A DNA stretch of 64,000 nucleotides from an uncultured virus (IMG/VR IMGVR_UViG_3300031994_000073). Its lineage: Duplodnaviria; Heunggongvirae; Uroviricota; Caudoviricetes. This document shows, piece by piece, positions 24,417 through 33,636 of this stretch. Made by a program: the position numbers and the translations under genes. The stretch lies in the IMG/VR virus record IMGVR_UViG_3300031994_000073. The stretch is one strand, 5' to 3'. The notes under the pieces are model-generated. The model was not told the origin of the DNA and ran no database searches. It saw nothing but the letters and a program-made list of their open reading frames with translations. The first letter of the stretch is position 1. Each line of letters begins with the position of its first letter.

Positions 24417-24426
24417 GAGAGAAAAG

Positions 24427-24981
24427 ATGAAAGATAGACAGTTGACAGCAAATTTTAGATTGAAGGAGTTTAGTAAGAATGACTTGACTCCTTACCAGGA
24501 ATGTCTTGTCGAGATGCTTGCGAAGAAGCTGCAGTACTTGCGAGACGTTCTTAACATGGGATACGCGAAGAGAGGCAAGATGGTCTCTATCCAGATTACA
24601 TCAGGAGTTAGAACAATGGAGGACTACCAGAGGCTCTTGGCTAAAGGCTACCATCCATCAAAGACTTCTGACCATTTCTGTGGAGTCCAGATAGACGGCA
24701 AGCCGACTTTGGGAGCTGCAGACATCAGAGTGAAGAACTGTACTTTGACTTTGAGACAAGTGTTCGAGAAGCTGGTTGAACTTGACATCAACGGCGGACT
24801 CACCTTTGGACAGATCATTTATGAAAAGAACCCGGCGACTGGCGCTGAATGGATTCATCTTGGCAACAGCTGGAATGAGATCTTCGCTTCGGAAACAGTC
24901 AGGGAATGTATAAATAAAACAAGGAAAAAGTATCTTATCTCGCTTGACAATGGCGTGACATATAAGGAGTTTGGAAAATGA
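24427..24981 (+). CDS. peptidase M15-family protein (putative endolysin)
   Basis: LTANFRLKEF, ITSGVRT, SDH..AADI, WIHLG; start trimmed to ATG 24427. Confidence 0.8.
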   Translation: MKDRQLTANFRLKEFSKNDLTPYQECLVEMLAKKLQYLRDVLNMGYAKRGKMVSIQITSGVRTMEDYQRLLAKGYHPSKTSDHFCGVQIDGKPTLGAADIRVKNCTLTLRQVFEKLVELDINGGLTFGQIIYEKNPATGAEWIHLGNSWNEIFASETVRECINKTRKKYLISLDNGVTYKEFGK

Positions 24982-25259
24982 AAATGGAATTGAATGAAGC
25001 AGTCAATAAGCTGCAGGAAGCTGGCGCCAAGCTGCTAAAGGAAGGCGGAGCGTATGAATCATTCGTGCCTTGGCTTTCAGTTGGCTATAAGAAGGCTGTT
25101 GAAGAAATCAAGAAATACTTTGAAGATGAAGGCTACCAGCCTGAATACATGAATGGCGCTATCAAGGCAGCGTTCCAAGAAATCTTCAAGATGTTTGAAG
25201 AAGGCCAAAGCGCTAACGAACTTGGAAAATTCCTTGTTCAGATCTATCATGACTTTTAA
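24978..25259 (+). CDS. hypothetical late protein (MKMELNEAV leader)
   Basis: 93 aa; TATAAATA at 24909-24916. Confidence 0.7.
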   Translation: MKMELNEAVNKLQEAGAKLLKEGGAYESFVPWLSVGYKKAVEEIKKYFEDEGYQPEYMNGAIKAAFQEIFKMFEEGQSANELGKFLVQIYHDF

Positions 25260-25271
25260 GGAGAATCCGCA

Positions 25272-25796
25272 ATGAAAATGGAATTGAATGAAGCAGTTAA
25301 AAGACTGCAAGGAGCTGGATTTTTGGTAGAAGGTCGTGCTGCTACCGTATATGATGGCTTTACTCCTGATGAACTTAACGCTATGCGAGCAAAACGCGCT
25401 GCTGCTAAAGAAAAAAGAAATCGTGCTAAAGCAATCATCGCTGCCGCGTCTGAAAAGCTAGAAGGACTTGGTGAAAAGATTGTTGCTAGACTCAATGATG
25501 TTTTCAACATCCACGATGAATCGCAAAGCAATTTCTATTATGAATGCTACTCGGGTTCAGATACGCCAACATCTATTGATGACTTTACGCTTTACATTAA
25601 CTCGCCTGGTGCTAGTGAAGCAACTGCAGAAATAAGAACTCTAGAAGACGGGTATAAGATAAACACTAAATATGTTAATGATGATGGCGATGAAATTGAT
25701 GGACCTGAAACAACTGAAGCAGATGATGACGCTGTAATCAACGCATTGGTGGAAATCATGGTTCAACTTGACGGCGAAGAATACAACGTTAAGTAA
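25272..25796 (+). CDS. hypothetical late protein (MKMELNEAV leader)
   Basis: 174 aa; same N-terminus as the preceding gene. Confidence 0.7.
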   Translation: MKMELNEAVKRLQGAGFLVEGRAATVYDGFTPDELNAMRAKRAAAKEKRNRAKAIIAAASEKLEGLGEKIVARLNDVFNIHDESQSNFYYECYSGSDTPTSIDDFTLYINSPGASEATAEIRTLEDGYKINTKYVNDDGDEIDGPETTEADDDAVINALVEIMVQLDGEEYNVK

Positions 25797-25816
25797 TATC
25801 GTCAGACGAAATCAAT

Positions 25817-25844
25817 GAGACGGGTCACTTAGACCCGTCTTTTT
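25817..25844 (+). terminator. intrinsic terminator
   Basis: AGACGGGTC/GACCCGTCT hairpin plus T-run. Confidence 0.75.
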
Positions 25845-25862
25845 GTGTATAAATATTTCAGT

Positions 25863-26783
25863 ATGGAATTGTACACAAAAGATAATGATGGCAAAATGCA
25901 GAAACTTGGTGATGTTCAGAACACGCCAGTTAGATTAGAGAATCTTAAAAGCGAAGTCAACAAGTACTGGACAGATAAGAAAAGTGGCAAGCATGAAGGA
26001 CTTGCAGCAAAACATGAAGCAATTCTTTCTAAGGACTTGATTGTATCTCCAGCAGACTTCTTCGAGCAAGTAAACAAGAATCATTTCATTTTCCAAGAAT
26101 TTGGTCCTTATTCATTGAAAGATTTTTTGAAGAAAGCACGACTTGACCAGTATGTTAAGCCGGAATACCTTGATGACTGCCTTGCAGTAAATACTCCACA
26201 GCCGGCAGTTGGACGTGGCGAGTTCTTACTCGCAGCAAACTTTGCGAACATCAACTTCAATGAAGGTTCTGGTGACTTGATAGATGACAAAGGCAACAGA
26301 ATTGAAGTCAAGGGTAAGTCTGCAAATCTGGGCGGTTCAAATGAAATGTTCAAGCCAATGAACGGCTCTGTTCTGTTTGACATTTATGGACTGTTTGGAA
26401 CAGGAACTAAAGAAAAGAACTTTACTCTTGAAATGATTGACGAAATTCAAGGATTCTTGTTGAAGAACAAGTCAAAGATGTTGCCACTTATGATGATCCT
26501 GCAGAACCGCAGAAAGCCCTCTAGAATCCTTGCTAAAGCAATGTGCGAGTTATTTAACAACGAACAGGATTTAAAGCTCGTAATCGCTTCTGCGCATCTA
26601 CGCAACTATATGAAATTGCAGAACGCTAACTACTTGTTTGCTTTGAATGACAACGTATTTAGAGGATTTAAGGCTCCGAAGAACATTAAGGAGGCTTTTG
26701 AAATCGTTAAGCACTTCAATGTGACTGGATGGGTCACTGGCAATAAAGGAATTTCAATCACATTAAAGAATGGTAACAAATAA
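25863..26783 (+). CDS. hypothetical protein with a PD-(D/E)XK-like motif
   Basis: GRGEFLL...GDLI...IEVKG; TATAAATA at 25848-25855; start trimmed. Confidence 0.55.
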   Translation: MELYTKDNDGKMQKLGDVQNTPVRLENLKSEVNKYWTDKKSGKHEGLAAKHEAILSKDLIVSPADFFEQVNKNHFIFQEFGPYSLKDFLKKARLDQYVKPEYLDDCLAVNTPQPAVGRGEFLLAANFANINFNEGSGDLIDDKGNRIEVKGKSANLGGSNEMFKPMNGSVLFDIYGLFGTGTKEKNFTLEMIDEIQGFLLKNKSKMLPLMMILQNRRKPSRILAKAMCELFNNEQDLKLVIASAHLRNYMKLQNANYLFALNDNVFRGFKAPKNIKEAFEIVKHFNVTGWVTGNKGISITLKNGNK

Positions 26784-28279
26784 TGCCGGGATATGATGGA
26801 AAGACATTAGGCGGAAGTACAGAATCTGGTGGCAGCTATGTTGAACTCCAGATGTGGATTGGCGACCCCGAGAAGCCAGAAGAAGGCTTGACTATCGAGT
26901 CTAGCTGCATTGATAAGATCTGCATTACGGAAAGCATGTTTACATTGTTGCCTACGATGACTGTGCAGGTTGTTGATGTTGGACGCCTTTTCGGAACGTA
27001 TTCAGTAAAGATCGGCGATCTTCTCAATATCAGACTTAAGCCTAGAGATACGCAGGATCCCGACGCAGTTCGAGAACCTATCGTCAATGGTTCATTCGTA
27101 ATTCAGACAATCACTGAACTTCCAGGCATTACTCCAAACACTTACATGCATCGTTACAGCTGTACTTACGCAGCACAGAAGTACATCAATGAAGTTGCAG
27201 TATTTCCTGCACAGCTTCTTTCAGTCGCTGGTGCAGTGAACGCATTGAAGAGCGGCGGCAAGTATGAAAAGACAACTAGCACGCAGGCGTTGAGAGCTGT
27301 CATCGAACAGTCTGGCTTAGGCTTCAGCGATGATACGGAAGATGGCGAAGTTGATGATAAGTCATACTGGATTAGTTGTAATGAAACAAGAGCAGCGTTC
27401 TGTGACCGTGTCGTTAAGCACGCCTGGGTTGGTCAAGGAAATGCGCCGATCTTATACGCTGACGCAAAAGGAATTGCTCATTACGTGACTATTAAAGATC
27501 TTTGTCAGAAGGCTGGCGAAAAGATTAGACAGGAGTTTGCTTATACTTCACCAAAGACTGGCATGCAGAAAGGCGATAAGACTTCTGTGTGGTACACTGA
27601 TGAAGCGATAGTCAATGCCGGTGGCCCAATCTTGAATAAAGGCGGCTATTCATTGTCAATGGCGATGTACAATCCTTACAATACTGCGAAGATTCCTTAT
27701 AAGGAGTCAAACTTCATCGGAAAGATGATGGGCAACGACAAGCCTTACTTACCGATCTTCACAGGCTCTGCACTTTCACAAGCAAAGGCTGCTGTTGGCG
27801 CTATTAAGAACGCATTTACGAATGGTCTTCAGAGCTTTGACAAAGACAGAGGCGAAGGCTATAGAATGGTCACTTGGCAGAACAACAGTGATAGACTTGC
27901 GACCGTCAAGAACGCAAACCCATCAATGAAAGAGACTGTCTCAAAAGCAGTCAATGGCGGTATGCACTTTGACAGCATGCATAACTATTACACTATCGCT
28001 GAAGCACAGAACGAACAAGTTAGAAGATCGTTCTTCCAGCAGTTCGCTAAGCTTGTTATAGATACAGGTAGACAACAGGAAAGTTTCGCAAAGAGCTTTT
28101 CTGTACCAAGATTAGGCGATGTCATTGATGTTGATTTCTCAACTTCTGAAAAGATTGACCCGATTCATTCTGGAAGATTCTGTATCGTTCAGATTAAGCA
28201 CTCTTATTCAGCTAAGCAGCCCTACAACATCGAGATCGTCGCAGCGAACGATGGACTTTATGGAACGAGAGGACAATAA
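26783..28279 (+). CDS. putative baseplate hub protein (gp27-like)
   Basis: Directly upstream of the gp5-like gene; C-terminal GDVIDV...SGRFCIVQIKHSY. Confidence 0.6.
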   Translation: MPGYDGKTLGGSTESGGSYVELQMWIGDPEKPEEGLTIESSCIDKICITESMFTLLPTMTVQVVDVGRLFGTYSVKIGDLLNIRLKPRDTQDPDAVREPIVNGSFVIQTITELPGITPNTYMHRYSCTYAAQKYINEVAVFPAQLLSVAGAVNALKSGGKYEKTTSTQALRAVIEQSGLGFSDDTEDGEVDDKSYWISCNETRAAFCDRVVKHAWVGQGNAPILYADAKGIAHYVTIKDLCQKAGEKIRQEFAYTSPKTGMQKGDKTSVWYTDEAIVNAGGPILNKGGYSLSMAMYNPYNTAKIPYKESNFIGKMMGNDKPYLPIFTGSALSQAKAAVGAIKNAFTNGLQSFDKDRGEGYRMVTWQNNSDRLATVKNANPSMKETVSKAVNGGMHFDSMHNYYTIAEAQNEQVRRSFFQQFAKLVIDTGRQQESFAKSFSVPRLGDVIDVDFSTSEKIDPIHSGRFCIVQIKHSYSAKQPYNIEIVAANDGLYGTRGQ

Positions 28280-29046
28280 TGACCGACATTGAACAGTACA
28301 GAGCATTGCTTGGTGGTGGAGAACAGACAAAGCAAGTAATGTCAGATATGAACACTTATGTGCCAGGAACTCCAAATTACGAAAAGTGGACTGGTAAAGT
28401 GGTTGATAACGATGACCCCGAAAGATTGGGCCGAGTAAAGATTCGTGTCATTGGCTATTATGAAAACCTGGAAGATGAATGGCTTCCGTGGGCAATTCCT
28501 GATATGTCATTTATCGGTGGTAAATGCGGTTCTCAAGTCATTCCAGAAGTAGGAACGATGGTCCGTGGCTATTTTGAGAAAGGCGACGTTCAGCGTCCAG
28601 TATTCAACGGAATTGCATTTAACCAGTATAACAGCTACTCACGAATGGGTCTTACTGGCAGACAGAATAAGTCTGAATATCCGCACAAGATGGTCTTGAT
28701 GGAAACTGACCAAGGCGACTTCTTGACATTGAATAGAAAGTCTGGTGAACTTGTATTTACTCACAGAACTGGTGCTATGACTTGCATTAATAAGAACGGC
28801 GACATTGAAATCTATACTGGCAATCAGATGAACCCAAAAGGCAACTTGAATGTCAAGGTTTACGGCAATTCAAAGATTAGCACAGATGGTAACTGCGAGA
28901 TCTTTGCAGGTGGTGATGCTAAGATAGACGCAGCAGGCTATGTTGACCTCGGAAGCAATCAGCTAAAGCACTTGGTCGCTAATGTTGAGCAGTGCTATAT
29001 CTGCGGCGCTATGCTTCATGTCGGCAACACAAATGTCCGTGCATAG
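28279..29046 (+). CDS. baseplate spike, gp5/VgrG OB-fold
   Basis: GKVVDNDDPERLGRVKIRV, LPWA, IPEVG..V.GYF..GD..RPV. Confidence 0.88.
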   Translation: MTDIEQYRALLGGGEQTKQVMSDMNTYVPGTPNYEKWTGKVVDNDDPERLGRVKIRVIGYYENLEDEWLPWAIPDMSFIGGKCGSQVIPEVGTMVRGYFEKGDVQRPVFNGIAFNQYNSYSRMGLTGRQNKSEYPHKMVLMETDQGDFLTLNRKSGELVFTHRTGAMTCINKNGDIEIYTGNQMNPKGNLNVKVYGNSKISTDGNCEIFAGGDAKIDAAGYVDLGSNQLKHLVANVEQCYICGAMLHVGNTNVRA

Positions 29047-29057
29047 ATAAATATTAT

Positions 29058-29678
29058 ATGTTAAGGATTGGAAATTATTTTAGAGAGAAGACCGTTAAGC
29101 TAAGCGACAGCTACACTTGTTCTATCTTTGCTGATGGAGCAAATGAGCCTATTGAAGTCGTTCAGTGTATCGGATTTACTCCTCCTAAGATTCTCCAATA
29201 TGAGACCGCTGTCTATAAGTACGGAAACATGGCACAGAAGTTCCTTATCCCGAAATCAGACAGCGTTAGAGAATTTACGATTGATTTCTTCGAGTCGCTT
29301 GATACCGGCCGCGCAGCTGCTGATAGCAATGCGACTGTCAATGTTCATGGACATACTGGTAATACTGCCTTTAGACTTGGCATTCATAGCTGGCTTACAA
29401 GACATGGACGATACGGCAAAGGCTTTGAGATCGTCGAGAATTATGATGGACATACTGGTGGCGCAGCAGCCGCTGACTATCATATTGCTCCAGATGACAT
29501 TGACTTTGACAAGATTCAGATTGACATTCTAAACAATAAGTTAAATCGAGTCGTTTACACGCATTCATTTACACAATGCAGAATAGCGAAAGTCGTGCCT
29601 TATGAATTTGACTATCAAGGCGAGTCGCTCTGCAAATGGACAGTAACATTCACCTTCAACGAATACAAGAGAGGATAA
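29058..29678 (+). CDS. tail-tube-like / baseplate protein
   Basis: C-terminal YEFDYQGESLCKWTVTFTF resembles gp19/gp54-type proteins; start trimmed. Confidence 0.45.
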   Translation: MLRIGNYFREKTVKLSDSYTCSIFADGANEPIEVVQCIGFTPPKILQYETAVYKYGNMAQKFLIPKSDSVREFTIDFFESLDTGRAAADSNATVNVHGHTGNTAFRLGIHSWLTRHGRYGKGFEIVENYDGHTGGAAAADYHIAPDDIDFDKIQIDILNNKLNRVVYTHSFTQCRIAKVVPYEFDYQGESLCKWTVTFTFNEYKRG

Positions 29679-29679
29679 G

Positions 29680-30948
29680 ATGCCGTTAGCAGTAAAGAAA
29701 TTCTTTCAAACTATGCCGCAACTTCCTTTTCGTTTCGTTGTGGATATTATTGATGAAAACGGAATCCAAGAAAAGTTAAAGTATGCAATCCGTTCTGTGA
29801 AGTTTACAGACGCAGACGGCGATACTTCAGCGGGTGCAGTGTTTTACGGTGGAGGCGGTTACTTCACTATTCCTATCTGGGACTTGTCTGCTCGTGGATT
29901 GAATATCAGCTTTGAAGAAACTGATAACATGGATGTGACGAAGTACATTGACAAACTTGCAGGCGTAGTCAACAAAGGAATGCACCAGTACAGTTATTCA
30001 GGCACGCCGAAGGTTATCGCTATCATTGTCAGAGAATACGACAACATGATGTATAAGGTACTTCGTGGACGCTGCTTCTGGTGCATGCTGCAAGATTATG
30101 ACGATGGACAGTTTTCAAGAACTGGTGGTGTTTCACCTGTCCAGCTTTCAATGCAGTTCGTTGTAAGAACAATCAGTGAGAACTTTGATGTTGATGACGC
30201 AGTTCTTTCCAGAACAGCTGGTGCTATCGCATCTGGACTTAATGTCATCAATACACCAGAACAAGAACGTACTGACCAGATGGAAAAACTTATCAATCTT
30301 GCAAATAAAGTTCAATATGATGGCGAGATGCATCTTGAAGGTCTTGTGAATGCCGACATTTATGGAACTAAAGGCGTCAATACAAGACACGGCGTTGCAG
30401 AAGGAACTAAGGACTTTAATGTCACTGAAGAAGAATCAGAAGCTCTTCATCATAAAATATTGACAGCTACTCATGTAAACGTAAATCGCCAAGTTCTTGA
30501 CAAAGTTCTTAAAGACAATGCTGAGAAAATGGACGTCAGCTTATTCAACTTGAGAAATGAACTCAGAAAGAAAGGTGTCACTGTTGAAGTAAACGCCTAT
30601 AATGACACTGGTCACGAAGTTGGTCTTGGAACTAAGAGTGGTTCGCATACTCTTGGTCAAAAGATTGACTTGACGTTCTATGACGCAAGACACAATAAGA
30701 TTACATTGCAGAACATGAGTGACGAACAGCGCAAGACCATTGAAGACGCTGCTAATAAGTCTGGACTTGTTTCTAACTGGGAAGCAAATGGTGACCCATC
30801 TACTTCAACATGGGGCGACTTCTCATTGAAGAAAGCAAGCAGCATTAGTAAGACTGGTCAGTACATCGCTGACCAGGAAATGACTCGATGGACAAAGAAA
30901 GGTGGCTACTATAACAGCGCCACCCATCAGCATGAACAAATTCGTTAA
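29680..30948 (+). CDS. tail-tube-like N-domain plus possible M15-type peptidase C-domain
   Basis: LNISFEETDNMDV in N-half; SHTLGQKIDL (H-x6-D) in C-half. Confidence 0.45.
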   Translation: MPLAVKKFFQTMPQLPFRFVVDIIDENGIQEKLKYAIRSVKFTDADGDTSAGAVFYGGGGYFTIPIWDLSARGLNISFEETDNMDVTKYIDKLAGVVNKGMHQYSYSGTPKVIAIIVREYDNMMYKVLRGRCFWCMLQDYDDGQFSRTGGVSPVQLSMQFVVRTISENFDVDDAVLSRTAGAIASGLNVINTPEQERTDQMEKLINLANKVQYDGEMHLEGLVNADIYGTKGVNTRHGVAEGTKDFNVTEEESEALHHKILTATHVNVNRQVLDKVLKDNAEKMDVSLFNLRNELRKKGVTVEVNAYNDTGHEVGLGTKSGSHTLGQKIDLTFYDARHNKITLQNMSDEQRKTIEDAANKSGLVSNWEANGDPSTSTWGDFSLKKASSISKTGQYIADQEMTRWTKKGGYYNSATHQHEQIR

Positions 30949-30950
30949 TC

Positions 30951-31454
30951 TTATCTAAACAAGAATCCAACTACAAACGGCGGAAGCGAGAGCTTATCAT
31001 ACTTGGCTTCTTCGTATTCAAGCGTAAAGTACTCCACATTCATTTTTTCCTGAAGGAACTTTGCGTTTGTTGCATCTTTGTTCTGTACTCGCTTAATCAA
31101 GTCAGTATGTTCAGAGTCTAGCTTCTTCTTAGCTTCAGTGAACTCGACAATCTGTTCAGTTACGACAGGATTGCCACGCTCATCAAGTTTCGGTTCGCCT
31201 TGCTCGTTGCGGTCAACATACTGCATGTAAAGCTTACGAACAGCAGAAACATATTCGTGATACTCCTTGTCCTGATTTTCATCATAGCAGCCAGTAATGA
31301 TCTCCTTGTAATAAGGAGCCATCTGTGTAATGTTGTTATAGATGAGCAATGCTACTTCTGTAAAGAACTCAGCATTAGAAATATTGTTCTGCATCCATTC
31401 GTAAACGTTCTTTATTTCAAAACGCTGGATTTCTCTAGTTACTTTTGTAATCAT
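30951..31454 (-). CDS. hypothetical protein
   Basis: 167 aa, downstream of the sigma factor. Confidence 0.7.
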   Translation of the reverse strand: MITKVTREIQRFEIKNVYEWMQNNISNAEFFTEVALLIYNNITQMAPYYKEIITGCYDENQDKEYHEYVSAVRKLYMQYVDRNEQGEPKLDERGNPVVTEQIVEFTEAKKKLDSEHTDLIKRVQNKDATNAKFLQEKMNVEYFTLEYEEAKYDKLSLPPFVVGFLFR

Positions 31455-31456
31455 AT

Positions 31457-32059
31457 TTACTCCATGAAATTAGCAAGACCGCTAACGCCGTCATGCGGGT
31501 TGTCAATAGTGTTGATGTTGTCAAAGAAATCAATGCCGCTGACGTATGTCTTATCGTGTTCCTGAATCTTCTTAAGATCCTGCTTAATGGCGTTTGAGCA
31601 CTGTTCAGTGACGTAAGAAAAAGCACTTGTGCCTCGTGATTCGTCAAATCGGTTGATGTAACGAAATACTTGAATGACTGCGTCTTGCATAATGTCATCA
31701 ATGTGGTTGACGAGATTTGGCTGAGATCTGAGCTTGAACGAATTGACTCGGCCATTCGCAATCTTGATGATCATATCACAGAACTCATCCTTCAACTTGT
31801 CAAATTCGTAATCATACTTTCGGCGTTCTTCAAGCGTCAATTTCTGATACTTGTCTTGAAGATCTTCAATCTGCTTGACCTTTCTATGAATGAATTCCTT
31901 ACACTTCATATAGTCATCTTTCGTGATCTTGCCAGACTTTAGACGTTTTTCTTGGTTCTCAAGGTACTTCGGGCACCAATCACCAGTATCATAAGCATTA
32001 AGTGAATTGTAAAGTGATACCACTTCCTTTAGTCTTTTGTTGTCTACATATTTTCCCAT
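31457..32059 (-). CDS. late-transcription sigma factor (T4 gp55-like)
   Basis: YVDNKRL, DDIMQDAV, RFDESRGTSAFSYVT. Confidence 0.8.
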   Translation of the reverse strand: MGKYVDNKRLKEVVSLYNSLNAYDTGDWCPKYLENQEKRLKSGKITKDDYMKCKEFIHRKVKQIEDLQDKYQKLTLEERRKYDYEFDKLKDEFCDMIIKIANGRVNSFKLRSQPNLVNHIDDIMQDAVIQVFRYINRFDESRGTSAFSYVTEQCSNAIKQDLKKIQEHDKTYVSGIDFFDNINTIDNPHDGVSGLANFME

Positions 32060-32149
32060 ATTCTCCTCTTTATAATTTTTCCATTAGAAAATATAATAAA
32101 AAATTAGGATCATTGAAAGACCCTAATTTTTTTCTCTAAGAAGTAGGAA

Positions 32150-33082
32150 TTAGACGTGAACGTTCTTGACATTATGCTTAGCAGCCATGCTTGCTGCTTG
32201 TGCTTTAGCCTTGGCTTCTGCCTTTGAGTTTTCATCGTTCTCGTTCTTAATGATTTCACTTGCGACTTGCTGCAAGGTTTCAAGTTCAGGCCATGAATAT
32301 GTGTCTGGAATCTGAACGCCAACGTTATGCGTGATGAGAGTTGTCATTCGGATAATGTCGTGCATTTCATGAATAGTGAACATATTCTCGTCTGAAAGCT
32401 CTGCTTCAATTTCATTAGTAGCATGACACTTCGGACAGACTGTATTAAAGTGCGTATCAAATCCAACCTTGATGGACTTGCAATGGTCAATCAAGAAAGC
32501 CAAGTCGTATGTTGAAAATTCAGACAAGTACTGCTTCGGGTCAACAGTCCCACAGTCAATCATTCTAGCAACTAGCTGGAAGTCTTTATCATCATCTTTG
32601 ATTTTCATTGATGCGACGTTAGGCAGTTTAATGCGAACTGCTCGCTGTGATTGTGGAAGAATAACGACGGGGTCAAAGTCATCAAGCTGATTAGTCTGGA
32701 CTTCTTCAAGGTCAACTGCATGCGTGTACGAATTGCCGCAAGAATGACACTTACCAACCTTAAGGCTGTAACCGCTTTCATTCGTATAAGAGTTAGCACG
32801 GAGCCAGAAGATAAGATACTCACGGTCGCAAAGAAGCAGACCATCAAATGCCAAGAACGTGAATCTGAAACAGTTCTTGAGAATTGAGTTGATGATTTCT
32901 TCAGCATTTTCAGGCATAAGCAAAGATAAGAACTTTACATCGCCGACTGTAAGGAATCGTCCTTCAATCTTTGCTTGACTTGAATAGAACTTGCCTTGTG
33001 ATGGCAAATCCTTTAACGGAATTTCGAGATAATTAAAGAGTGTTTCCAAGGTTTCCTCCAACTGTACCTGTGAAGATTCCAC
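32150..33082 (-). CDS. baseplate hub assembly protein (gp26-like)
   Basis: LPSQGKFY, DREYLIFWLRANSY, CxxC pairs. Confidence 0.7.
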   Translation of the reverse strand: MESSQVQLEETLETLFNYLEIPLKDLPSQGKFYSSQAKIEGRFLTVGDVKFLSLLMPENAEEIINSILKNCFRFTFLAFDGLLLCDREYLIFWLRANSYTNESGYSLKVGKCHSCGNSYTHAVDLEEVQTNQLDDFDPVVILPQSQRAVRIKLPNVASMKIKDDDKDFQLVARMIDCGTVDPKQYLSEFSTYDLAFLIDHCKSIKVGFDTHFNTVCPKCHATNEIEAELSDENMFTIHEMHDIIRMTTLITHNVGVQIPDTYSWPELETLQQVASEIIKNENDENSKAEAKAKAQAASMAAKHNVKNVHV

Positions 33083-33629
33083 CAGTCATAGGACCTGCCA
33101 ACGATCCAAATGCAGGAGGAATCATCTTTATTGCTTTTGTGATGTACTCGCTTTCAGTGTCCAGAAATAACTCAGGTGTCATCGCCTTTCCAATGACTTT
33201 AAGCTTGGCATAGAACATTGCAGCGACTGCAGCAAAATGAGATACACTGAGGTTTACTCTTGCTTGTCCGATAACCGCTCCGCCTTTCATGACGCAGAAA
33301 TTATCAGCAAGTTTTTTACCTATAAGATTGAACAGATTTATAAAGCACTGTTTTGGATCTCCGCACCACAGTGCATTCTTCACTTCACTGTATGTAAAAC
33401 GTTTTTTCTTTGGTACCCAATAGCCTGTTGGTCCTGAATAAGAAACAACGACAGGCGGCGTACCTGGGTAAGTGATAGTTCCGCTTACTTGATACTGCGG
33501 AGCTGAATGCATACGCTCAATTTCCTGCATGTACTTATTCAGTGCATTCAATGTAGCGGTTATGTAAAAATCCGGCTTTACTTCGCCAGCCGGATTTAGA
33601 TACTTATGCATGTACGCCTTAAAACTCAT
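33033..33629 (-). CDS. hypothetical virion-region protein
   Basis: 198 aa, AATAAATA upstream. Confidence 0.65.
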   Translation of the reverse strand: MSFKAYMHKYLNPAGEVKPDFYITATLNALNKYMQEIERMHSAPQYQVSGTITYPGTPPVVVSYSGPTGYWVPKKKRFTYSEVKNALWCGDPKQCFINLFNLIGKKLADNFCVMKGGAVIGQARVNLSVSHFAAVAAMFYAKLKVIGKAMTPELFLDTESEYITKAIKMIPPAFGSLAGPMTGGIFTGTVGGNLGNTL

Positions 33630-33636
33630 GTTTTAT

